DNA of 64,000 nt from Squalus acanthias (Eukaryota): the NCBI GenBank assembly GCA_030390025.1, contig CM059432.1, positions 13,268,001-13,332,000 on the forward strand, written 5' to 3'. The translations under genes and the position numbers were made by a program. The notes beneath the pieces are model-generated. The model saw only the letters and a program-made list of their open reading frames with translations. It was not told the DNA's origin and made no database searches. The number at the start of each line of letters is the position of its first letter. Within the stretch, counting starts at the first letter, position 1. Positions 49,358 through 61,285 of the stretch are shown piece after piece.

Positions 49358-51430
49358 TATGATACCGGGGCTAAAAGGGTTAAATTATGTGGACAGTTTA
49401 CATAGACTAGGCTCGTATTCCCTTGAATATAGATGAAGGAGTGATCTAATTCAGGTGTTAAGATGAGTAAAGGATTTGATAGTGTGGGAGAGTCCAAGCG
49501 GCACAACCTTAAAATTAGGACATGTCTGACTAATCCATTTGGATTTATTTTTTTTAAAAAGGTCATATATATTGATGACTTGGATGAAGGAATAAAAAGT
49601 TGTATGTCACTCAGTTATATCAAACTGCTGCGGTTTAAGTTGAAGTCGATCCCACCCCCTTTTCAGGGTGACTAGGGATGGGCAATAAATGCCAGCCTTG
49701 CCAGTGACGCCCATGTCCCGAGAATATGTATTTTTTCCCATGACCCGGGTTGTGGTTACATCTGTCTTTCTTGTCTGTTCAATTGGAATCTCCAAAGGAA
49801 TGCCTATCCGACCCATTTGTGCTGGCCGCAAGTCGCAACCGGAAGCGAGACAGTTAAAGGAAAAGTTGGAAATAATGTCATGCAATTGAGAAAAATCAGG
49901 CGTAAACAACAACAAAAAGTAATGCACCAATGAAAATGCAGATAAAACAATGTAACAATAAGCAACCATCACTGAAAAGTGGTACAAACGTTTTAAGAAG
50001 CCAAATCTTCAAGGCCAGGACCATCCAGACAGATTTGCGCCTGTTTTATATAGGCAAGCATAGAAACATAGAAAAAATAGGAGCAGGAGTCGGCCATTCA
50101 GCCCTTCGAGCCTGTTCCGTCATTCAATATGATCATGGCTGATCCTCTATCTCGATACCATATTCCCGCTCTCTCCCCATACCCCTTGATGCCTTTTGTG
50201 TCTAGAAATCTATCTATTTCCTTCTTAAATATATTCAGTGACTTGGCTTCCACAGCCTTCTGTGGTAGAGAATTCCACAGGTTCACCCTCTGAGTGAAGA
50301 AATTTCTCCTCATCTCAGTCCTAAATGTCCTACCCAGTATCCTGAGACTGTGACCCCTCGTTCTAGACCCCCCAGCCAGGGGAAACATCCTCCCTGCATC
50401 CAGTCTGTCTAGCCCTGTCAGAATTTTATACGTTTCAATGAGATCCCCTCTCATTCTTCTAAACTCTAGGCCTAGTCAACCCAATCTCTCCTCATACAAC
50501 AGTCCTGCCATCCCAGAAATCACTCTGGTGAACCTTCGCTGCACTCCCTCTATGGCAAGTATATCCTTTCTTAGGTAAGGAGACCAAAACTGCACACAGT
50601 ACTCCAGGTGTGGTCTCACCAAGGCCCTGTATAACTGTAGTAAGACTTCCTTGCTCCTGTACTCAAATCCTCTTGCAATGAAGGCCAACATACCATTTGC
50701 CTTCCTAACTGCTTGCTGCACCTGCATGTTTGCTTTCAGTGACTGGTGTACAAGGACACCCAGGTCCCTCTGTACATCAACATTTCCCAATCTATCACCA
50801 TTTAAATAATACTCTGCCTTTCTGTTTTTCCTACCGAAGTGGATAACTTCACATTTATCCACATTATACTGCATCTGCCCACTCACTCAACTTGTCTGAA
50901 TCGCTTTGAAGCCTCTTTGCATCCTCCTCACAACTCACAATCCCACCTAGTTTTGTGTTGTCAGCAAACTTGGAAATATTACATTTGGTTCCCTCATCCA
51001 AATCATTGATATATATTGTGAATAGCTGGGGCCCAAGCACTGATCCCTGCGGTACCCCACTAGTCACTGCCTGCCACCCCAAAAAAGACCCATTTATTCC
51101 TTACTCTCTGTTTCCTGTCTGTCAACCAATTTTCAATCCATGCCAGTATATTACCCCCAATCCCATGTGCTTTAGTTTTGCACACTAACCTCTTATGTGG
51201 GACTTTATCAAAGGCCTTCTGAAAATCTAAATACACCACATCCACTGGTTCTCCCTTATCTATTCTACCAGTTACATCCTCAAAAAACTCCAGTAGGTTT
51301 GTCAAACGCGATTTCCCTTTCATAAATCCATGTTGACTTTGTCTAATCCTGTTGATATTTTTCTAAGTGTCCTGTTATCACAGCCTTTATAATAGACTCT
51401 AGCAGTTTCCCTACTACTGATTTTAGGCTA

Positions 51431-52006
51431 TGTAAGGGCGAAAAATTACACTTAGGAAGAATAAGGGAGGTAAAGGGTGTTTTAGAAGATTTAGGATAAG
51501 GCTGAGTTAAGCAACTGGCAGGACATAGGTATAATCTCGCTCAAACTGGTTTTGTGCTGACAATAACCGCATTTGCTTGTTTCTCACTGTGAGAGTAGGG
51601 TTGCGAAATACCGACATGTCACGCAAAACGGTATAGTAATATAATTAAGTTGTTTTTGAAAGAAGTTAGCTAACGGTATAGTAATATAATTAAGTTGTTT
51701 TTGAAAGAAGTTAGCTAACGGTATAGTAATATAATTAAGTTGTTTTATAATTAAGTTGTCTTTGAAAGAATGTGATTGAAGGTTGCTAAGGTACCGGATT
51801 GGCCAAAGAATTAATGTAATAACTGCTGATATCAGTACCTTTCCGTTTTTTTTGAACTGTATAAAAGAAGCTCGGCTGCCATTGTAAAACCGAGAAGAGG
51901 GTTATTAGACTGCGGAGTTTTTTGAACCCTTCTCCCGAAGCGCTTCGTATAATAAACTGTGTGCCTTTACCTTAAACAGAGGAGAGTGAATTTATTTACA
52001 CTAACA
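51431..52006 (+). mobile_element. Solo LTR, 576 bp
   Basis: TG...CA ends (TGTAAG / CTAACA); 5-bp TSD GGCTA; TATAAAA 51860-51866; AATAAA 51951-51956. Confidence 0.88.
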
Positions 52007-52289
52007 GGCTAACCGGTCTGTAGTTCCCTGTTTTCTCTCTCCCTCCTTTTTTAAATAGTGGGGTTACATTTGCCACCCTCCAATCTGCAGGAACTGTTCC
52101 ATAATCTATAGAATTTTGGAAGATGACAACCAATGCATCCATTATTTCCATGGCTACCTCTTTTAGTACTCTGGGATGCAGATTATCCGGCCCTGGGGAT
52201 TTATCGGCTTTCAGTCCCATTAATTTCTCCAGCATTATTTTTTTACTAATACTAATTTCCTTTAATTCCTCCTTCTCACTAGACCCTTG

Positions 52290-52741
52290 GTGCAGGTTCA
52301 TTTTGATTTGCCATTCCTTGTATCGATTTAGCAGAGACTGTGGGAGCTGCACTCTGAGCTCTTTGCCTGGTACTCTCCATTGTTCTTTCCAGCACATTTG
52401 ATGTGCAAGTCTCTCCAGGCCGAGATTCAAGGCTGCAATGAACAGGATGTGGATGGAAAGCAAGATTAACCATCCCCTTTAAGAACTGGCCCGTGCCATT
52501 GTGTGTGTGTTCCATTGCTGACTGACATTACATGAGCTTCGCCAGCGCTCTGAGTTAGCGCCTCACTCCTTGGCCTTTGCGCCTTAAGACAGGTGTGCAG
52601 CGCCTGCTTTAGCGCTCCACTCACCTCCCGGGGCGGTAAAAGTGAAGTTTCCAGTCAGTGCCGATAATTAGCGCCAGGCGCTAATATTTGTGTCCAGACG
52701 ATATTTGCGCCCCAAATGGGGCGCGACCTAATTTCTACCCC
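52290..52741. mobile_element. One-ended copy of the GGCGC-rich MITE family
   Basis: Inverted homolog of 15157-15607; surviving TIR AATTTCTACCCC; TTG on both sides. Confidence 0.82.
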
Positions 52742-53492
52742 TTGGTTCCCTAGCATTTCTGGGAAGTTATTTGTGTCCTCTTCCGTGAAGACAGAACCAA
52801 AGTATTTGTTTAATTGCGCTGCCATTTCCTTGTTCCCCATTATAAATTCTCCTGTTTCTGACTGTAAAGGGACCTACATTTGTCTTCACTAATCTTTTTC
52901 TTTTTACATACTTGTAGAGGCTTTTACAGTCCGCTTTTATGTTCCTTGCAAGTTTACTCTCAAGCAACATAAGTAACAAAGTAGGGCCTCTCCCAAATTG
53001 TGAGACCAATTATTATGAGGCAGTAAGCCCACAAGAAAAAAAAATGGACATTTTTTTGGTTGCAAAATTTGTGCCAACGCAAATCAGTGACATAAAGCTC
53101 TGAGCATGGCTGTGAGATTCACTCTCCCTGTCTGATGAATCTATGCACCAGGAGCAAAGCCACACAATACTGTCCCTTTACTGCTCGTGGAAAAGACAGA
53201 CAGAGCCATTCATTGATAAAGTTCCCCAATGCTCCTGAGGAGGAGGCAAATGAACTAAAAACATTTGTCAGTGAAGTTAAATCTTTGGCTTTAAATCCAA
53301 GGGATATCTAAACGTAAAAATTAAGTCCTCATCTGAAGTGCACAATTATGTTATTGCATCAACCACTCTTACATATAATCCCAAGATCTAACCTACTAAT
53401 CCACAATCAGATTTCCCTTGGTCACTGTGAAAATAACACAATATCTATATTTTTTTTCCGACCGCAAACTGAAAACATGTAAAATTACATAC

Positions 53493-53574
53493 CCGTTCTT
53501 GGCCAGCTGTATCCCAAATCAGAAACTTATGGAGCTCGTTTCCACAGCTCACAGTCTTAGTCATGAATGATGCA
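53493..53574 (-). CDS. RAB31: RAB31 internal coding exon (exon 3 equivalent), G3 box
   Basis: ttccag|TGCATCATTC...CAAGAACGG|gtatgt; 82 nt; first base completes the Gly codon from the previous exon; ASFMTKTVSCGNELHKFLIWDTAGQER. Confidence 0.96.
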
Positions 53575-53664
53575 CTGGAAAGCAGTCCAGATCAGACAAG
53601 AAGTCAGTTTAACAATAATGCATGATTAAAACTCTAGGAACAGGATAAATCTGTCAGTACTCAC
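53575..53664 (-). other. RAB31: RAB31 intron, 90 nt
   Basis: GT...AG between the two adjacent exons; frame preserved. Confidence 0.93.
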
Positions 53665-53744
53665 CCAATAGTGGGCAGAGTATTGAGATCGAAGGTGTCT
53701 TGAACAAATCGGCATACTATACTTGACTTCCCAACCCCTGTGTC
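53665..53744 (-). CDS. RAB31: RAB31 internal coding exon (exon 2 equivalent), P-loop end and switch I
   Basis: Minus strand ttttag|GACACAGGG...ACTATTGG|gtgagt; 80 nt; translates DTGVGKSSIVCRFVQDTFDLNTLPTIG, matching the Rab31 G1/G2 region. Confidence 0.95.
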
Positions 53745-54227
53745 CTAAAATCATTAAACAGACAGAAATACAGCATTGAGATCAAAGAATCATTTGGAAA
53801 GTCAAAAGGATTTTTTTTTTAAAAACTGCCCTGGTAAAGTGTACATATAACGGAGCCAAACAAACCAGGCAAGCCAAGTTGCAATCCCAGTCTGTGTTGT
53901 GGGAGCAGGTCTCGGCCAGGTAAAAGTGGTTATGAGACACTGGATAATTGAAGACTTTTTGTTGTTTTTGCTCCACGCTCTTTTCTCTACTCCTCCCCGC
54001 TGAGGTTAAATGTGGCACAGCAGCTGAGATGAACTAACTCTGTTGTGAACCAGGGATCAAACTGGAGATCTGCAGCTCTATATGGCTTTGTACTACACCT
54101 GTCTTTACCCACAGGACATCAGAGGGGCTACACAGCACAATATATGCCTGTTACTGGGGGTAACCACAGTAAACAATAAAGGCCTCAACTGCACTATCTA
54201 TAGATTGTGACTTGTTTAAATATTGTT

Positions 54228-55595
54228 TCATAGAATTACATAGAATTTTACAGCACAGAAGCAGGACAATCGGCCCATCTGCCCCATGCCGGTGTTTATG
54301 CTCCACACAGGCCTCCTCCCACCCTGCTTCATCTCAGCCTATCAGCATATCCTTCTATTCCTTTCTCCCTCATGTACTTATCCAGCTTCCCCTTAAATGC
54401 ATCTATGCTAGTCGCCCCAACCACTCCATGTGGTAACAAGTTCCACATTCTCACCACTCTCTGAGTAAAGATGTTTCTCCTGAATTTCTTGTTGGATTTG
54501 TTAGTGTCTATCTTACGTTTATGGTCCCTAGTTTTAGACTCCCCCCACAACTGGAAACATCTTCTCTACGTATACCCTATTGTGAGTTGTGAGGAGGATG
54601 CAAAGAGGCTTCCAGGTGATTTAGACAAGTTGAGTGAGTGGGCAAATACATGGCAGATGCAGTATTACATGGATAAATGTGAAGTTATCCACTTCGGTAG
54701 GAAAAACAGAAAGGCAGACTATTATTTAAATGGTGATAGTTTGGGAAATATTGATGTACAAAGGGACCTGGGTGTCCTTGTACACCAGTCACTGAAAGCA
54801 AACATGTAGGTGCAGCAAGCAGTTAGGAAGGAAAATGGCATGTTGGCCTTCATTGCAAGAGGATTTGAGTACAGGAGCAAGGATGTCTTACTACAGTTGT
54901 ACAGGGCCTTGGTGAGACCACACCTGGAGTACTGTGTGCAGTTTTGGTCTCCTTACCTAAGAAAGGATATACTTGCCATAGAGGGAGTGAAGCGAAGGTT
55001 CACCAAAGTGATTCTGGGGATGGCAGGACTGTCGTATGAGAAGAGATTGGGTCGACTAGGCCTATATTCACTAGAGTTTAGAAGAATGAGGGGATCTCGT
55101 GGAAACGTATAAAATTCTGACAGGGCTAGACAGACTGGATGCAGGGAGGATGTTTCCCCTGGCTGGGGGGTCTAGAACGAGGGGTCACAGTCTCAGGATA
55201 CGGGGTAGGACATTTAGGACTGAGATGAGGAGAAATTTCTTAACTCAGAGGTGAACCTGTGGAATTCTCTACCACGGAAGGCTGTGGAAGCCAAGTCACT
55301 GAATATATTTAAGAAGGAGATAGATAGATTTCTAGTCACAAAAGGCATCAAGGGGTATAGGGAGAGAGCGGGAATATGGTATTGCTATAGAGGATCAGCC
55401 ATGATCATATTGAATGGCGGAGCAGGCTCGAAGGGCCGAATGGCCGACTCCTGCTCCTATTTTTCTATGAACCGCTTCATAATTTTAAAGACCTCTATTA
55501 GGTCATCTCTCAGTCTTCTCTTTTCTCGAGAAAAGAGCCCCAGCCTGTTCAGCCTCTCCTGATAGTTGTATCCTCTCAGTTCTGGTCTCATCCTT
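54228..55595 (-). mobile_element. CR1 3' fragment split by a plus-strand CR1 (54580-55467)
   Basis: Minus-strand element resumes near 55470; the insert has its own 3' tail. Confidence 0.82.
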
Positions 55596-56665
55596 GTCCT
55601 TGTTCCAAGACCATTCCAATCATATTCCTATCTGTACTAAATTTCCTCGTGGAATATTTTCAACCCAATATTCCAAGATGAGGAGCAGGTGAATTTGAAT
55701 TGGCCCTTTTCTAGGTGAACTATGCTTGTGCGGTTTTAATGAAGGATTGTGCATGTAGTAAGGGTGACTGGAACCAGCACCAGAATAGCGGTGTACATCT
55801 GTAGGTTGAAAGCAATGAAAAGCCAGTTATTTTCCTCCATTATGGATCCTAGTTGGCTTCAACCTGGATTACTTTATTAGTTACTTGTGAAAATTTTTGG
55901 GCAAGTATATGAAACAGAGTATCCAATGTACTAATGGAACTGCCAAGGGGTCAATCATGAAGGTGGTTAGGATATAGTGCAGGTAATGGCACATTCTGAC
56001 TTGCCGTTACTAAATTCTGTACCAGTTAATCATCTTCAAATTTCTGTATCCTCTCTGATTATAGTTTAAGATCTTCTCTCACTATAGCTATGTGTTTGGG
56101 AACAGTAAAGCGACAAGCTAGGTAGTCCTCAAAGTAACAGGTTTCTGTTGACCTTGTCTCTGTGTACTGATAAAATGTCTTCTCTGCAGATACGGCAAGG
56201 TGGTAATATTCTTAGTTGCAGCTGGTAATGTTAGTGCAGGTGCTGATAAGACTAATCCCTCCCCCCAGGTCTTTAATTCACTCGCTCATGTCCAGCTAAC
56301 ATCAAGCTAGGGTTCTCCATGTGTGTGCTGAGATTGAGCCCATGGATTAAAAAAAAACTCCAGCATGAATTTGACAATTTTACTTAACATCTAAGTCTAA
56401 TACCCTCTCCCAGTCAGAATGTAAATCCCAAACTTTGAGGGAACTAAAAGGGAGATGATTAATCAGCAGGGATGCAACATGGACACTTCTCAACAGAGGT
56501 CAATGGTCAGTGTTCAGGAAAGTGTTCCCTATTTGATTTTTCCCCTTCCTAGGCAAGAGGTACAGCAAGAGGCCAGCTGCAGTAACTCTATTTTGCCCCA
56601 GCTAAGATCAGCTAACACAGACCAGGGAATCAAGCCTAAGGTGTCCCAAGAATCCGAGACACTTA

Positions 56666-57489
56666 GGGGGCGATTTTGTGAATGGGGGCGCGATGGAGGC
56701 GGGACTGCTGCTTGTCGGGTTGATGTCCCGCCTCCATCGATTTGTGGCAAACCCATACTATTTTCCTTTGATTGACCTTGTTAAGCCTGCCCAGCTGGCT
56801 TAACAGGCCAATTAAGGGAAAGCTGGTTACAGAGAACATCAGCGTATGACGTTTCATCTCTCAAAAACTTTTGACAGATGAATTGTCATCATTTGACAGC
56901 TCTGTGAAGCTGTCAAACAGAGACATTCTCTGCAGTTTGATGATGTCTTGCATGCAAGACCTCATCACCCTTCTTTCTTTGACAGAAATGAGATGTTTGT
57001 TGCATCTGAGAATGCAACGGCCATCCCTCATCTGCAACACGGAGGTGCGAGAGTCTTCGCATACAAACCGGCTGAAGCCTACAGGAAGAAACAAAGGTAA
57101 GTATACTTTTAAAAACATTTTGCACTTACCTCAGATACTCACCACTACACTCTTGCACCCATCACTTACCTTCACAGCACACTTCTGCACCCCGCCCCCG
57201 ACCCCCGCAGACCCAGTACTCGCCTCGTTGACGTGCCGTGTTTTGGAGCCTTCGGGAAGCCCGCACTTGAGGGCAGAAAGGGGATAATCCTATTTTCTGC
57301 CCGTTAACAGGCAGTTAATTGGCTTTAATCCCTTCCCGCCTCCAAGGAGACGGGACCCGGCGCGGGACGGCTACCCGCCTCCTGGGAAGATGGCACGGAG
57401 GCGGGTTGGGCAACTGCCCCCAAATTCTGCCATTTTCCCAGCAGTCCCGCCCCCATACCCACCTCCCCAGGGCTGGCAAAATCGCCCCC
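56666..57489. mobile_element. PIF/Harbinger-type MITE family C, copy 2
   Basis: Perfect TIR GGGGGCGATTTTG / CAAAATCGCCCCC; canonical TSD TTA. Confidence 0.94.
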
Positions 57490-58116
57490 TTATCTCCACA
57501 CTGAGCAGTGGCTTGACCAATGAAGACACCAGGACGTGTTTAACCAGATAATCTTTCAAGTAACTTCATTGGCTGTAAAAACTCTTTGGGATAATCTAAG
57601 GTCACAAAAGACGCTATATGAATGCAAATTCTTCCTTTCTTTCTTTAAAATAATGCATTATTTTGCAGACAAATTTGTTACTCGTGTGAAATGTCAACGC
57701 ACAAGTTGCTATTTATAATCCTGTTACCACACTTCAAAAAGCTACACACGCACAAAGATTCCTTTGCAAAATTGGACTTCTCCTTTACTATGACTGAAAT
57801 ATGAACTGTCTAAATTATGTAATATGAATGACTGAAACATATTACACATGCTTTCCAAGCGTGGCACAAATCGTAGGTCAGACCTGCGTCAAGTTGCACT
57901 CATCAGCAGTGTCATCGACATCACCCACACAGGCAGCTATCAGCATCTGCCTTTAAATATCTGAGGACAAGACACCCGGGAGGATGGCGGCAGGGGGGAG
58001 GGTAATTTTAACTTTGGGCAATGGGTGATATCGATTCTACCGGCCGTTATACATCTCTCCCCATTTCCATTTACTTCATTTTCTTCTCATTTCCTTGTCT
58101 AACCTAGCCACATAAA

Positions 58117-58949
58117 GGGCAGAATTTTCATTGACCCGTGGAGGTGGGTTTGGAGGCGTGTGGGGTGGGAAAATAGCAGATTCGGGGGTCCCGAACCCAT
58201 CCCGCCCCCAACCCGCCTCCATGCCAGTTTCACAGGAGGCAGGTACCCGACCTGTGCTGGGACCCGCCTCCCCGAGGCGGGAAGGGGATTAGTGACAATA
58301 AACTGCCTGTTAACAGGTAGTTTTTTGCCTAATCCCTATATTTAGCCCTGAAGTGTGGGCTTCCCGACAGGTCCGAACCACGCCGTTTTAGCGAGGCGGA
58401 CCATGGGTCTGCAGGGGTTGGAGGGGTCGATATGTCAGGTGGGCAGGTGAGTGATGGGTGCATGTGTGCAGAGGTCAGTGTGTAAGGTAAGTGTAAAGTG
58501 TGGAAAAAAGTTTTACTTACCTTAACTTCCTCCTGCAGGTGTCAGCCCTTCAGGTCTCGGGAGTCAGAAATCTCACCGGCACAGAAAGCAGAATGGCCGT
58601 TGAGCTGTCAAAAGCTGCAGCCTCTGCTTTTTGTTCTGCAGAGATCTCTAAATCAGCCTGAGAGGAAGGAATTAACTTAGAGGACAGATTGTCAGTGTTT
58701 GACAGCTTCAAGGAGCTGTCAAACGCTGATATTTCATCTGTCAAAAGCTCTTGACAGATGAAATGTCAATCTGTGACGTCACCTGTTACCGGGCGGCCCT
58801 TAATTGGCCTGCTGAGCCCGCTGGGCGGGCTCAACAAGGTCAATCAAGGGAAAATCGAGTGGGTTGGCCACAACTCGATGGAGGCGGGACTACAACCCCA
58901 AAAGTGGGAGTCCCGCCTCCTGCTCGCCTCCATTGATAAAATCCAGCCC
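58117..58949. mobile_element. PIF/Harbinger-type MITE, C-like body with A-like left arm
   Basis: TIR GGGCAGAATTTT / AAAATCCAGCCC; AAA on both sides. Confidence 0.88.
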
Positions 58950-58953
58950 AAAG

Positions 58954-59340
58954 TCTTACATTTGTATAGCGCCTTTCACAACCTCAGGACGTCCCAAAGT
59001 GCTTTACAGCCAATGAAGTACTTTTTGGAGTGTAGTCACTGTTGTAATGTAGGAAACGCAACAGCCAAATTGCGCACAGCAAGCTCCCACAAACAGCAAT
59101 GTGATAATGACCTGTTTGTTTAGTGATGTTGATTGAGGGATAAATATTGGCCAGGACACCGGGGATAACTCCCCTGCTTTTCTTCGAAATAGTGCTGTGG
59201 GTTCTTTTACCTGAGAGAGCAGACGGGGCCTCGGTTTATCGTTTCATCCGAAAGATGGCATCTCCGGCAGTGCAGCACTCCCTCAGCACTGCACTGGAGT
59301 GTCAGCCTAGATTTTTGTGGTCAAGTCTCTGGAGTGAGAC
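58954..59340 (-). mobile_element. Deu-domain SINE
   Basis: Homologous to 40107-40560. Confidence 0.8.
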
Positions 59341-60312
59341 TTGCACGTTGACATGCCTACAATCGAACAAAAGTACAGGCAGAAACAAATCTGCTCTGAA
59401 CCATTTGTTGGCAGGTGCCCCAAAACAGCCTAGGGATAGCTTCCCATTTGATTTTCTGTCAGTTCCTTATGGGTAAGCACTTTGCTTCCATTCAGCAGCA
59501 ACCCACAGGGGTGTAGCTGTAATCGGAACGGAGTGGCACTGGATAATGACATCCTGTCATGTCATGTTTCCTCAGCATGGCTCTTTTATTTAAGCAGGCT
59601 TCAAATTGTTTGCAAAAATATAAAATATTTCATATCGATCAAAAATTTTTTTAAGAACATGGGTAGCAACAACTCTCTGATAAAATAAAGTATCGCTCTG
59701 TCACAGACTGGCTGTCATGGACAGAAACTACAAGATTGGGAAACCAGCTAAAAAAATAATGAACGTAAGTTTACAGGAAACATCGTGAATTTGGCTCACT
59801 GCCTTCTTTGGCATCGCATCATCATTTTGAAACTAGTGGCCAGTTTCTGTACAGTTTTGGAAAAAAAAATGTATTTGCGCATTTTCCTGCACTTGCCAAT
59901 GCGTGGCTCATAAGAATGGCATCACATCTGTGGTTTTACTTCCCCCTTCTTTTTCCACCAATATCCATAGTGTAGAACAAGTCCCAACTTGAAAAGAGTG
60001 GAGGGTAAATTCAGCAATGCAGTGCCCCAAGCGGGGAAGCCAGGCTCAAAGGCAGTCAGGTCGGTGATAGGTCCACAGCGTTGTAGCCCTAATTCTCCAA
60101 GTCACGCTGCCTTTGAATGCAGATTTCCTTTTGGAGCATTGAAATTACCCTGAGGAGAGAACATGAGATCACTAACAAACTAGTCATTAGGTGACGCCAA
60201 CCCTGGGTTTTAAAACTGCTCAGCACGTAGAAATAAGGAAAGACTAAGGCAGGTTCTATCGTCCTGAGGTCCAGGGAAAGAATGAATTGGAACAGGAAAC
60301 AGTGTATTGAGT

Positions 60313-60840
60313 CTTCCAACGCACTCCTGGCTGGCCTCCCACATTCTAGCCTACGTAAACTTGAGGTCATCCAAAACTCTGCTGCCCCCGTGTCCTAACT
60401 CGCACCGTCCCATTCACCCATCACCCCTGTGCTCGCTGACCTACATTGGGCTCCTGGTTAAGCAATGCCTCGATTTTAAAATTCTCATCCTTGTTTTCAA
60501 ATCCCTCCATGGCCTTGCCCCTCCCCATCTCTGTAATCTCCTCCAGCCCCACAACCCTCCGAGATATCTGCGCTCCTCTAATTCTGACCTCGAGCACCCC
60601 CGATTATAAATCGCTCAACCATTGGTGGCCGTGCCTTCTGTTGCCGAGGCCCTAAGCTCTGGAATTCCCTCCCTCTACCTCTCTTTCCTCCTTTAAGGCG
60701 CTCCTTAAAACCTACCTCTTCTGCCCTAATATCTCCTTATGTGTCTCGGTGTCAAATTTTGTTTTATAACGCTCCTGTGAAGCATCTTGGGACGTTTTAC
60801 TACATTAAAGGCGCTATATAAATGCAAGTTGTTGTTGTTG
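60313..60840 (+). mobile_element. L2 LINE 3' end
   Basis: DFKILILVFKSLHGLAP; tail aaaggcgctatataaatgcaagttgttgttgttg. Confidence 0.85.
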
Positions 60841-61285
60841 TAATACAACACAGTGAGGATGCAGGGAGAGAAAAGTTCTATGCTTCTTTAATCACTCTTC
60901 TCTGCATCCTAATGCCTTGGGACATAAGATGGCCAAAACTCCACACCATGCAGCTTCAGTGATATTCTTTAGGATAACTTGTGTCAAGTTATATAATCAT
61001 ATGTACACCTTTCAGACACATCCAGCACTGATCAGCTGTGATGACAACAGCTTCACATTGACTGGAACCTATCAGTGAATAATTATGGATCAATCATTCT
61101 TGTAATCTGGTTCAATCATGGGGCGAGATCCTAAAAAGGTCTCCGACAATGAATTACATTTGACCTTTGGACAGCAATTTTGCTGCTTTTAAAAAGTCAA
61201 ACACCCGGACACGGCTTGCTCCAAAAACTTCTGAAATTCAAAGCCATGTAATAAGTTGAAAAAATTGGGTGCTGACAGACATGAG

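Larger units (their letters stand above)
50059..52962 (-). mobile_element. CR1 ORF2 hosting a solo LTR and a partial MITE
   Basis: RT motifs; host rejoins across both inserts. Confidence 0.9.
9892..53492 (-). other. RAB31: RAB31 intron, 43,601 nt, filled with transposons
   Basis: Lies between in-frame exons ...GQER | FHSL...; GT at 53492-53491, AG at 9893-9892. Confidence 0.9.

Noticed and set aside
60150..60230. Possible RAB31 first exon ending ctcctcagg|gtaatt
   Set aside because: Does not encode the expected ELKVCLLG; exon 1 is probably outside the window
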